Assembly (NCBI GenBank): GCA_048882505.1
Contig: JBHLRO010000008.1
Location: 30,001 to 62,000, forward strand
Source of the DNA: Candidatus Thorarchaeota archaeon
Lineage (GTDB): Archaea > Asgardarchaeota > Heimdallarchaeia > Hodarchaeales > Hodarchaeaceae
Direction: 5' to 3'
Length of the DNA stretch: 32,000 bases
Below, in pieces: positions 1 through 8,566 of the stretch (position 1 is its first letter; each line of letters begins with the position of its first letter). The position numbers and the translations under genes are program-made. A model generated the notes under the pieces. It ran no database searches. It had not been told where the DNA came from and saw only the letters and a list, made by a program, of their open reading frames with translations.

Positions 1-1149
1 ATTCCAAGGTTTTTGCGTTCTCAGAATCTACTTGAACTCGCCCCGTTGGCTCATCAAACCATCGGGGGTTATCTAGATAGTCTCACCGATAATGAAGATC
101 TCAAGTTCGCATTGATTGGAAATCTTGGATATTATGGTGATGACCCTTACAATTTGAGTCTCATCTTTTTTACATCAGCCCAGCGATCATTTTTCACTGG
201 GGGTGGCCATTTCGTAAGAGGCGGATCACAGCTATTATCAAACTATTTGGCAGAGGTAATCGAGAAAAACGGGGGAACCGTCCTCCGACGCCATTTGGCA
301 AAAGAAATTCTCGCAGAAGGAGACAGGGTGACGGGAGTCGTTTACCAAAAGAGGAAACCAAAAAAGAAAAACGAAAAGACTGGAAAAGTGGCATCCGAAG
401 ATAGGGACGAACGGGTTCAACTTCAAACTGCTTACGCTGATGTCGTGATCTCAAACGCATCACTCCCGCAACTGGTAAATACCCTAATTCCTAGTCTTAA
501 AGATACCGAGTTCGGTAACACAGTTAATTCTATGGAACTCCCGTGTTCGTTGTTTTCATTTTACCTCGGATTCAGTGATCCTCCATCCACCGTGGGTTGT
601 CAACACTATTCGACCTTTGTTTTCTCCCCAGAATTAAAAAAGTTGAAGGATTTCATAAGATTTGAAAAATCCGAAGATTACGAGAAAAAAGGGTTCGTTT
701 TTGTGGACTATCAATCCTTTGATACTGGTTTGAACGAGGAAGGGAAATATGCCGGCGTGATCTGCGGCATTGATTATCTGGATCATTGGCAAAAAACGAT
801 TGGACAAGGAGAGGCGGCGTATGACCAGAAAAAAAGACAAACAGAAGAAATCCTTCTTGATCGTCTAGATCAAGTTTATCCCGGGATTAAGGATCTTGTG
901 ACAGTACGTGAATTTGCAACCCCCCGCACCATTGTAAAGTATACTATGAATCCTCAAGGCAGTGTGTATGGATTCGCGCAAACCCCTGCTCAATCGGGTC
1001 CTAAAATTCGAGGCCTTAGAAGTTCTCCCTTTATGAACCTCTATTTTGCATCAGTTTGGGTTGGATCGGGAGGATTTTCAGGTGCTATCTCCGCAGGTTA
1101 CGGATGTGCTTCCAAGATATTGAAAAATCATCCTGTTATTAATAGTTGA
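1..1149 (+). CDS. Phytoene desaturase / retinol saturase-family FAD-dependent oxidoreductase (5'-truncated by window edge)
   Basis: The frame is open from position 1 (IPRFLRSQN...). It has GGGHFVRGGSQLLSNYLAEVIEKNGG, ADVVISNAS and the C-terminal ATPRTIVKYTMNPQGSVYG...NLYFAS...GGFSGAISAG typical of the CrtI/RetSat family. The N-terminal GxGxxG is not in the window. Confidence 0.85.
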   Translation: MPRFLRSQNLLELAPLAHQTIGGYLDSLTDNEDLKFALIGNLGYYGDDPYNLSLIFFTSAQRSFFTGGGHFVRGGSQLLSNYLAEVIEKNGGTVLRRHLAKEILAEGDRVTGVVYQKRKPKKKNEKTGKVASEDRDERVQLQTAYADVVISNASLPQLVNTLIPSLKDTEFGNTVNSMELPCSLFSFYLGFSDPPSTVGCQHYSTFVFSPELKKLKDFIRFEKSEDYEKKGFVFVDYQSFDTGLNEEGKYAGVICGIDYLDHWQKTIGQGEAAYDQKKRQTEEILLDRLDQVYPGIKDLVTVREFATPRTIVKYTMNPQGSVYGFAQTPAQSGPKIRGLRSSPFMNLYFASVWVGSGGFSGAISAGYGCASKILKNHPVINS

Positions 1150-1185
1150 AGATTTAACATTGGAATTCCATTATTATTTTCCCAT

Positions 1186-1192
1186 AGGAGGT
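1186..1192 (+). promoter_or_regulatory. Shine-Dalgarno site (AGGAGGT) for the acyl-CoA dehydrogenase TTG start
   Basis: AGGAGGT lies 7 nt upstream of TTG at 1200. Confidence 0.75.
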
Positions 1193-1199
1193 TTTTAAC

Positions 1200-2447
1200 T
1201 TGTTTGACGTTTTATTGAATCAAGAAGAAAAGGAAGTCAAATATAAGGTTCGGGAATTTGTGAAAACCATACCTTCTAGCTGGCTTCGGAAAATGGATCA
1301 AGAAGAGATCCAATATCCCCGAGAGTATGTAGAACGGTTAGGAAACCAAGGTCTCCTTGGTTTAAGATTTCCCCAGGAATATGGCGGAAAGAATCTTGGA
1401 TGGGTGGCCGAAGTTACGGCAATTGAGGAGATCGGGGTGCTCGGAGCCGCCCTTGGATGCTTGTATTCATTACCCAGTATTGTAGGAGAAGCTCTGGAAC
1501 GATTTGGTACAAGAGAACAGAAAGAAAAGTATCTCAAGCCCATCGTTGAGGGAAAACTATTTTGTGCCGAAGCCCTTACCGAACCTCGGGGGGGATCGGA
1601 CTTTTTCGGAGCAACCTGTACTGCCGTAAAGGAGGGTGATATCTTCCTTTTAAGCGGGCAAAAACGATTTGTGGTTGGTTCTGAAGGTGCTGACGTCTTT
1701 TTGGTCTATGCGAAGACCAACCCAGATGCATCTGATCCACGTCAGTCTCTAGGTTGTTTCATTGTAGATAGAACGGATAAGATACACGTCAAGCACGTTT
1801 ATGGACTAATGGGATCCCGAGGCGGTGGAACTGGTCGGCTATTATTCGATAATGCGGAAGTTCCTGAAGAGAATCTGATAGGAAAAGTAGATGCAGGTGG
1901 AGCGATATTCAATCAGATGATGATTCCGGAGAGAATGACATCCGCTGCTGGCGCCATTGGAAGTGCACGTGCAGGGATTGAAGTGGCAGCCAAATACAGC
2001 ACGCGAAGAAAGGCCTTCGGACAAAAGATTAAGCAGTTCCAAGGGGTTTCTTTCAAAGTCGCCAATGCAATTACGCAGTTAGATGCGGCACGAGGCCTAT
2101 TATATGCAACTAGTCGTCACATTGACATGAACAATGGTAAGACTGGCAGTAAAATTCGTCGAATGGTTTCAGAAAGTAAGAAATTTGCCACAGATATTGC
2201 CTGGGAGGTTATCAACAACGCTTTGCAAATAATGGGCGGGATAGGATATACGAATGTGTTCCCTATAGAGCGCCTATTGAGAGACATCCGTTTGACATCG
2301 ATTTGGACAGGCACCAATGAGATTATGAATCTCCTCATACAGCATGAATACTACAAGGAAATTGAAAGATTGGCAGCTAGAGGTTCTCGTGACATTGAAA
2401 ACGATGCAGTAGGTGCCGAATATGTTGAAGAAAAGGTATTTGAATAG
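1200..2447 (+). CDS. Acyl-CoA dehydrogenase
   Basis: Motifs [48 protein letters not shown]...IERLLRDIR and IWTGTNEIM. Confidence 0.95.
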   Translation: MFDVLLNQEEKEVKYKVREFVKTIPSSWLRKMDQEEIQYPREYVERLGNQGLLGLRFPQEYGGKNLGWVAEVTAIEEIGVLGAALGCLYSLPSIVGEALERFGTREQKEKYLKPIVEGKLFCAEALTEPRGGSDFFGATCTAVKEGDIFLLSGQKRFVVGSEGADVFLVYAKTNPDASDPRQSLGCFIVDRTDKIHVKHVYGLMGSRGGGTGRLLFDNAEVPEENLIGKVDAGGAIFNQMMIPERMTSAAGAIGSARAGIEVAAKYSTRRKAFGQKIKQFQGVSFKVANAITQLDAARGLLYATSRHIDMNNGKTGSKIRRMVSESKKFATDIAWEVINNALQIMGGIGYTNVFPIERLLRDIRLTSIWTGTNEIMNLLIQHEYYKEIERLAARGSRDIENDAVGAEYVEEKVFE

Positions 2448-2460
2448 GTAGATCTGCGAT

Positions 2461-3000
2461 ATGGACGTAGAAGAGTTCACTGCCAGCAATAGAGCAGAAC
2501 CCAGAAAATATCGCCATGATCCAGAAGAGCTACGAAAAAACCTTTGTCATCTCTTGGATAACTATAACCCAATTATTGAATATTTGGCTGCGGCCTCTAT
2601 TCCCTTAAATTCAATTGCTACTTCTGCGTCCATCCTAACGTTTCTTTCTCTTATGCTATTTCTTAATGGAAAGATCCGAATGACTAGAACCATATCAGGA
2701 CTTAATGTGATAATTCTACTTGTCATGGTTGCACTTGCCTTAGGAATTCAGTTGGGAATTGGTTCCGCTAGACTTCGGTTCACTCGGATCAACCATGATA
2801 GATCCGCATTCAATGAATTTACGGAAGCTGAGGACACCCATCTTGTCCGTTTAGTTAGTATTGCACAAAATAGCTCCAAAATCCTTGATAGGATTCAGTG
2901 GCTGTATTTGAACGGCCTTTTCAAAGTTTTGTATGGTTTTTTGGGGCTCACGGTTACATTACTAATCTGGGGTATGCTTATAGAACTTCTAGCAATTTGA
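2461..3000 (+). CDS. Hypothetical membrane protein, about 3 TM helices
   Basis: 179-aa ORF with ATG start directly after the acyl-CoA dehydrogenase. Three hydrophobic segments (ASILTFLSLMLFL, LNVIILLVMVALALGIQLGIG, VLYGFLGLTVTLLIWGMLI). Confidence 0.7.
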   Translation: MDVEEFTASNRAEPRKYRHDPEELRKNLCHLLDNYNPIIEYLAAASIPLNSIATSASILTFLSLMLFLNGKIRMTRTISGLNVIILLVMVALALGIQLGIGSARLRFTRINHDRSAFNEFTEAEDTHLVRLVSIAQNSSKILDRIQWLYLNGLFKVLYGFLGLTVTLLIWGMLIELLAI

Positions 3001-3079
3001 ATCACGATTTTGAGAAAAAAATCCGATGGGTTATAGAAATACTCGGGTTATTATTAGAGAATCAAAGAACTAGCTAGTT

Positions 3080-3425
3080 ATGGCCGAATGGTCTGGAACC
3101 TCTACTGTCCTAAGCGTCTCCGTTTATGCGAGTGCTTCATTCATCGGGACTTCGGATGCCAGATATACCGAATATGCCAGATTTTCTGAAAGCAGAGCGT
3201 GTGATATTAATAATGATGGATATGATGATTCTGTAATCAGTGCATCACGGGCAAATAAAACATTAGGTGAAATTCGTATTATTTATGGCCAGTTTCGAAT
3301 AGTGATTTGCCTACCCTGATCATGACGACCATTACACCAGCTGTTTCGACTCCTGGTTTTGAATTGGGAGTATCGATAATAGTAATTATCCAATCACGTT
3401 CGGAACTCGAAATAGAACGAATTAG
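3080..3425 (+). pseudogene. Frameshifted remnant of an FG-GAP-repeat surface protein with a PGF-CTERM-like C-terminal anchor
   Basis: ORF 3080-3319 encodes a degenerate FG-GAP repeat (ASASFIG...ACDINNDGYDDSVISASRAN...GEIRIIYG). Restoring one C near 3290 continues as PVSNSDLPTLIMTTITPAVSTPGFELGVSIIVII. Restoring one C near 3390 continues as PITFGTRNRTN-stop (3423-3425). Confidence 0.6.
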
Positions 3426-3576
3426 GCTCTATTTCTCGATTCTTCTCTCCCTTATCCGAATCCAGTGACTGCTTTTGCTAATCTGTTGGTTACCAGAAAG
3501 TTCTTCAATTCCGACTTCGTGCAATTTTTAAACACCCTTGACGTTCATCACACGACTAAATAGCTAGGCGAAAAAA

Positions 3577-3897
3577 ATGGTCTTTTGTGAGAAATGTGGA
3601 ACAGAAAACACAGCATCTGCCAAATTTTGCAAGAGCTGTGGAAATGGCCTGCAAGATAATCCTATATCCCAGCCGGTGAAGCCTCCCCAAACCTCAATAG
3701 GTTTTGGACACCAGCCAACTGGAGAGGAACTAGTTTTGCATTGCAGTTTGTGCGGACATCAAGATTTTGCTAAAGATAGCGGTCGTCTAGATAGTAAATG
3801 GGGTTTTACATCGTTTAAGGTGGCTATTCTGACCTGTAAGCGATGTGGACATGTGGAACTGTTTAACAAGGGTAGGAGTATCTGGGATTTCGACTAG
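3577..3897 (+). CDS. Double zinc-ribbon protein
   Basis: N-terminal CEKC...CKSC ribbon, a P/Q-rich linker, and a C-terminal CSLC...CKRC ribbon. Confidence 0.85.
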   Translation: MVFCEKCGTENTASAKFCKSCGNGLQDNPISQPVKPPQTSIGFGHQPTGEELVLHCSLCGHQDFAKDSGRLDSKWGFTSFKVAILTCKRCGHVELFNKGRSIWDFD

Positions 3898-3913
3898 GAA
3901 ATAAAAAAAAGTA

Positions 3914-3989
3914 TTTGGATTTGAATTGTAATCCAAAATTAAAAAGTAATGAAGAGGGGGAATTTCGGTTTTTAATTCGCACCGAAATT
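3914..3989. terminator. Two tandem stem-loops between convergent genes (possible terminator or 3' UTR structures)
   Basis: tttggatt(3914-3921)/aatccaaa(3930-3937) is a perfect 8-bp stem and aatttcggt(3961-3969)/accgaaatt(3981-3989) is a perfect 9-bp stem. The A-run at 3903-3910 is a T-tract on the minus strand, downstream of ssb. Confidence 0.45.
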
Positions 3990-4024
3990 AATTCTCAAAC
4001 CAGATTTGATCCTGTTTATCTCTC

Positions 4025-4540
4025 TTACCAGCGAGACCGTCTATTGGAACTCTGATTATCATAGTTTCCCGATGAACGGTTGCTTCCGTATGATCCATAT
4101 GATTGCTGCGACCCGTAACTTCCTCTCCTATTTCCGAAGGATTGTCTCCTCGGATCTTCAACGTGAGCGGCAGATCGATCATTCTCAGTGTCGATATTCT
4201 CAAAAACTGTCGAATCTGTATTTATACTGCCGTATTTTCCTTTAGATAAACGTAGCGAATTTTGAAAGACATTAGCAAACCCATTTGATAATTTATAGAC
4301 ATTTTCTTCTTCTAAAGCGTCAATATCTTCATTCCAAAGAGTTAGAGTAATTATTCCTGTCTCATCCGCAACCGTGAAATCACACACTCTGTGAGTCTCA
4401 CCTGTTCGTTTATTGATCTCTCGCTCTTGATTTTTGCTGGTCACCTGAAAAACGACATTTAAGCGTTTTTCCAGGGGCTTGACGTTGGCAATTTTGACGT
4501 CATGTGTTTCTTCTGATTTATAGTTTGACATTAAGTACAC
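4025..4540 (-). CDS. ssb: Single-stranded DNA-binding protein (single OB fold, crenarchaeal SSB/RPA-like) with low-complexity C-terminal tail
   Basis: KIANVKPLEKRLNVVFQV...HRVCDFTVADETGIITLTLWNE...YKLSNGFANVFQNSLRLSKGKYG matches the SSB/RPA OB fold. The start may be the second Met (MSNYKS). Confidence 0.88.
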   Translation of the reverse strand: MYLMSNYKSEETHDVKIANVKPLEKRLNVVFQVTSKNQEREINKRTGETHRVCDFTVADETGIITLTLWNEDIDALEEENVYKLSNGFANVFQNSLRLSKGKYGSINTDSTVFENIDTENDRSAAHVEDPRRQSFGNRRGSYGSQQSYGSYGSNRSSGNYDNQSSNRRSRW

Positions 4541-4805
4541 TTCTTTTTCTGAACGAATAAAACCCTAATCACAACAAAAAGAAAGCAAAACAAGCAAACG
4601 ATTTCAAACATCAACGCTCTTTAGCGAAAAGAGGTTCTAAACTGTTCCATTCGTCACTTTTACTTCTTAAAAGCAGATTTTGGTTCTGTCAGACAGTTTC
4701 GTGGCTCGTATTTAAGTTTGATCTAGGTTGTTTTTTCTTCTAAACTTTTTTGCGTTGAAAATCCTGCCAAAATTCTCATCCCCTATGCTGTGTATATTCG
4801 TCACC

Positions 4806-5576
4806 TTATCGAGCGGTTGTGTCTCTTCCTAGGAAGAAATCAAAGGTATCAAAACTAAGTGGAGTTGGAGAAACTAGATGTTCAGCATACTTCACACCAA
4901 TTCTTGAACCTAAAGTTCGGTTCCATCGTAATAGAAGTTCTGGGAAATGGGTGTGTCCCTGATCCTCAAATTGGGATTTGTAGGCTAAAATTGCCTCTTT
5001 TTTCCTTTCCGCATAATCTGTGATATCGCTTAAAAACGAGGTATAGCCATTCGGATTTAAATCAATGAAACGTACAGGAAAGTACAGTAAAGTATTTATT
5101 CGGTGAACAGGAAGGTTATCAAAATATTTATCCCATTTTGTGAGCCGAGAATAAAATATCGCCGCTTCAGTAATGAGTTGGGCCTGATAATGATCGGGTG
5201 AGGCCATCAAAGTTTTTCCAAACATCACGATGACAACTTTAGGGCGCCACCGTCTAAAAATCGTTGCCAATTGACAGCGAGCCTCAAAATTGTCAAATAA
5301 CCTCCTATTTGGAAGATCTAAACTTATTCTTTCCACCCCAAGAATTCGAGCCGCCTTTTGTGCTTCGGCCAAACGCTTTTCCGCATAATCTGGATCGAAA
5401 TCGTCAGGACTTCGGTATTTTTCATTTAATGGGGTAGGTTCTGCGTTTGTCAAGTCAATAATCCCTGTTCTAATTCCGCTATCAGCCAATTTAGCTAATG
5501 TTCCCCCGACCCCTAATTCTGTATCATCCGGATGGGGGCCGATCGCGACCACTTCCACAGGATTCTCTTCAGTCAT
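4806..5576 (-). CDS. PIG-L/LmbE-family deacetylase (BshB1-like)
   Basis: Metal motif AIGPHPDDTELGVGGTL, R..EA..AARILG, SPDH, and K.EAILAYKSQF. Confidence 0.9.
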   Translation of the reverse strand: MTEENPVEVVAIGPHPDDTELGVGGTLAKLADSGIRTGIIDLTNAEPTPLNEKYRSPDDFDPDYAEKRLAEAQKAARILGVERISLDLPNRRLFDNFEARCQLATIFRRWRPKVVIVMFGKTLMASPDHYQAQLITEAAIFYSRLTKWDKYFDNLPVHRINTLLYFPVRFIDLNPNGYTSFLSDITDYAERKKEAILAYKSQFEDQGHTHFPELLLRWNRTLGSRIGVKYAEHLVSPTPLSFDTFDFFLGRDTTAR

Positions 5577-5753
5577 TGGTTCTTCTTCCGGGCTATTGAG
5601 GATTTGCGGGTCAAAATTCAGCTTTAAAGAATCGTTTCGATGCCAGGATTACTCGATTTTTTCTTTTGGGCTTCTAAGTTCGTATTTTTCGACATCTGAA
5701 GAGTCTTTTTTATCACTTTAACTATGATAGAGCTTGCCCAGAGGCTAACTTGA

Positions 5754-7856
5754 ATGTCTGAGGAGCAATTTGAGAACAATCTTGCGAATGAAACCAGTCC
5801 ATATCTTCTTCAACATAAGAATAATCCGGTGAATTGGCACGCGTGGGACCAAGGAATTGTTAAAGCTAAGGAGCTAAAAAAACCGCTTTTAATCTCGATC
5901 GGATACGCCGCATGCCACTGGTGCCATGTAATGGAGGAGGAATCATTCAATGACCCGGAAACGGCGGATTTGATGAATAGACACTTTGTTAACGTTAAAA
6001 TCGATCGCGAGGAACGTCCGGATCTGGATTCATACTATCAGAAAGCACTGGCTCTGTTGGGGACAGGTGGAGGATGGCCATTAACCGTTTTCGCGACCCC
6101 AAATGGAGAACCATTTACTGGGGGCACGTATTTTCCCAGGAGATCGTCGTACGGACGGCCAAGTTTTCGTAAAGTGCTTCAATATGTAGCTAAAGAATAC
6201 GAAGAAAACCGTGACAAGGTAACTGAACTAGTTATGAAAGTACATGGAGCGATGCGTCATCAGTTCGAAATCACGCCGCAGCATTTGACTCAGGGAAAAA
6301 TTGACGGAATCTTGGATAGATTTGTAAGCAAGTTGATGGACAACTCTGATTCCCTGTTTGGAGGCTTTGGAACCCAGCCAAAGTTTCCCCAGGTTGGCGA
6401 CCTACGGTTTTTACTTCTCTCAGCATCTCCATGGCGGAAAGACAATCAAGAGATTATGTCTGCCGTTACCCTCAGCCTAGATAAAATGGCTGAAGGGGGT
6501 ATTTACGACCATTTGGGTTACGGATTCCACCGTTATAGCGTGGATCGGAAGTGGTTGATCCCTCACTTTGAAAAAATGTTGTATGATAACGGGCAATTAA
6601 TTAACTTATATCTTGAAGGTTACCAAGCCACAGGTAATCCGAAATACGCGCAGGTTGTTGAAGAGGTTATAGAGTATTTGTTCCGTGATATGCAACATCC
6701 TGAAGGAGCATTCTACTCATCTGAGGATGCTGATTCCGAGGGCGAGGAGGGAAGATTTTATGTATGGACTGAAACAGAAATTAAGACGGTTCTCGGGGAA
6801 GAAAAGGGAAACAGGTTTTGCAAATATTACGGTGTTAAAAAAGGAGGTAATTTTGAGCACGGATTGTCAGTCTTACAGGCCACACCGCAGCTCAAACAGG
6901 CCTTGAAAGATCCGGATTTAGAACTCGAAATCCAAAAAATGAAGACCGAGCTTCTTTCATACCGTAACAAGAGGGAAAGACCTTTTCTTAATGACAACAT
7001 TATTCTTGCCTGGAATGCCCTTGTAATCCATGGCCTAGCAAAGGCCTCTTATGTACTTACGAACCAGGCATATCTTGATAGCGCCATAAAAGCATCCAAA
7101 TTCATTCTGTCGAACCTTAGGGATCAAAACACTGGATTCCTTTTTCGATCCTATCGAGATGGTTTGGCCAAGACTGAAGCATTCGCGGAAGACTATGTTT
7201 TGTTAATTCGTGCACTCCTCGAGATTTTTTCAGTTTCTGGGGAATTTTCGTTCTTCCAAGTAGCCAATGACTTACAGAATATTCTAAATGCAAATTTTTG
7301 GGATAAAAGTTCTTTCGGATATTTTTTTAGCAGACGCGGTTCAGACCTAGTTGGGCCACGGGAAAAGCCAGTAATATCTTTTGCTGTACCAAGCGCCAAT
7401 GCAGTTGCGCTTGAAAATCTACTAAAATTCTACCACATAACGGGGAAAACTCAGTTTTTGGAACAGGCTGAAGCTCAGGTCGAAGTTCTTATCGGTTGGG
7501 CAGAAGATCATGGTTATCTCAATGGAGATGCGCTGTTGGCACTGGATAGCTATCGTTACAAACCACTGGAGATTACCTTGTTTTTTAACGGGGGAACTAT
7601 CTCTTCCACATCTCCGGCAAAATATTTACACTCAAAATACCTGCCACCTGCCGTTTTCTTGAAGATTACCCAGCAAACGTTGCCAGATCTTCGTCAGTTA
7701 CCCCTAGTTGGTGCGCGGGTGGATAAAGGAGTTGAATCCGAGTTATTTGTTGGAACAGCATTTATTTGCAGGGATCTAACCTGTTCTCTTCCTTTGAAAA
7801 GCTACGAAGAGGTACAGCTGTATCTCTCTCAAGAAATTGGGAAAGAGACTATCTAG
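5754..7856 (+). CDS. yyaL: Thioredoxin domain-containing protein, YyaL/SPATA20 family
   Basis: NNLANETSPYLLQHKNNPVNW, GYAACHWCHVMEEESF, DREERPDLD, GGWPLTVF, GGIYDHLGYGFHRYSVD..W.IPHFEKMLYDNGQL. Confidence 0.95.
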   Translation: MSEEQFENNLANETSPYLLQHKNNPVNWHAWDQGIVKAKELKKPLLISIGYAACHWCHVMEEESFNDPETADLMNRHFVNVKIDREERPDLDSYYQKALALLGTGGGWPLTVFATPNGEPFTGGTYFPRRSSYGRPSFRKVLQYVAKEYEENRDKVTELVMKVHGAMRHQFEITPQHLTQGKIDGILDRFVSKLMDNSDSLFGGFGTQPKFPQVGDLRFLLLSASPWRKDNQEIMSAVTLSLDKMAEGGIYDHLGYGFHRYSVDRKWLIPHFEKMLYDNGQLINLYLEGYQATGNPKYAQVVEEVIEYLFRDMQHPEGAFYSSEDADSEGEEGRFYVWTETEIKTVLGEEKGNRFCKYYGVKKGGNFEHGLSVLQATPQLKQALKDPDLELEIQKMKTELLSYRNKRERPFLNDNIILAWNALVIHGLAKASYVLTNQAYLDSAIKASKFILSNLRDQNTGFLFRSYRDGLAKTEAFAEDYVLLIRALLEIFSVSGEFSFFQVANDLQNILNANFWDKSSFGYFFSRRGSDLVGPREKPVISFAVPSANAVALENLLKFYHITGKTQFLEQAEAQVEVLIGWAEDHGYLNGDALLALDSYRYKPLEITLFFNGGTISSTSPAKYLHSKYLPPAVFLKITQQTLPDLRQLPLVGARVDKGVESELFVGTAFICRDLTCSLPLKSYEEVQLYLSQEIGKETI

Positions 7857-7861
7857 ATTAA

Positions 7862-7891
7862 AATACCTTAAGGAATTTCCCCTCAGGTATT
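7862..7891. terminator. Imperfect stem-loop between convergent yyaL and thioesterase genes
   Basis: aatacct(7862-7868)/aggtatt(7885-7891) forms a 7-bp stem with partial inner pairing. Confidence 0.3.
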
Positions 7892-7907
7892 AAGGTTCTG
7901 ATTTTTA

Positions 7908-8342
7908 CTAAAGCGAATAGCTCGGAACTTCACTAAGCAACAATTTTGACCTAACATAAATACCACTCCCTCTTCCCACTTCCTTTCCATCATTGTAAAG
8001 AATTGCCTCTGCAACGAACTGAGACTTATTTTGATTGACCAGTCGACCGACTGAGCGTAATTCTCCTGATGAAACGGGACGCGTAAGATAAATAGTAAAG
8101 GTTGTTGTGAGAACAAATACGTCAAATACAATAGAGTTCGCAGCAAAGAAAGCAGCGTCATCTAATGCTTTAAAATAGACCGCGCCATGGACTGCATTTG
8201 CCGCGTGAAACAATGTAGGGCTTACCGGTATCACAAGCTCGGTCTGACGCTCTTGGACTGTGAGCTTCGCCTTAAATACCCTGTTTAACGGGTGTTCATG
8301 ATACATATGTTCTAATCTTTGATAATGCTGTCTTTTTTCCAT
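7908..8342 (-). CDS. PaaI-family (hotdog-fold) thioesterase
   Basis: LFHAANAVHGAVYFKALDDAAFFAAN...VLTTTFTIYLTRPV..GELRSVGRLV. Confidence 0.9.
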   Translation of the reverse strand: MEKRQHYQRLEHMYHEHPLNRVFKAKLTVQERQTELVIPVSPTLFHAANAVHGAVYFKALDDAAFFAANSIVFDVFVLTTTFTIYLTRPVSSGELRSVGRLVNQNKSQFVAEAILYNDGKEVGRGSGIYVRSKLLLSEVPSYSL

Positions 8343-8355
8343 AATAAGTCACAAT

Positions 8356-8395
8356 AACCACGTAAGTGTATGAATCGATTCGTATAATCGTGGTT
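8356..8395. promoter_or_regulatory. 40-bp imperfect dyad just upstream of the thioesterase start (candidate operator or hairpin)
   Basis: Outer arms aaccacg(8356-8362)/cgtggtt(8389-8395) flank a central palindrome gaatcgattc(8372-8381). Confidence 0.4.
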
Positions 8396-8566
8396 TCACT
8401 TCACAAAACCAAAGAATACTTCATTCAACAAAAATTTAGATTTTCTGTCTGTATCTTTTTAAAAAGGCAGCATAGATATCCTTGGACTATTCTGTATTGG
8501 AAAATAAAAAAGGCGTTTCTTGTGAAACAGGATGAGCACGGATTAAACTAATAAACCTAACCGAAA

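Noticed and set aside
352-372. KRKPKKK as a nuclear localisation signal
   Set aside because: The context is prokaryotic; a basic loop alone is not evidence of an NLS.
194-2489. Short minus-strand ORFs (194-463, 238-426, 634-840, 1298-1543, 1842-2042, 2117-2338, 2274-2489)
   Set aside because: They are antisense shadows of well-supported genes, with no motifs.
3988-4245. ORFs 3988-4203 and 4006-4245
   Set aside because: They overlap ssb in other frames and have no recognisable features.
8366-8551. 61-aa plus-strand ORF in the intergenic gap
   Set aside because: No RBS or motif, the composition reflects AT-rich intergenic DNA, and it overlaps the dyad and probable promoter.
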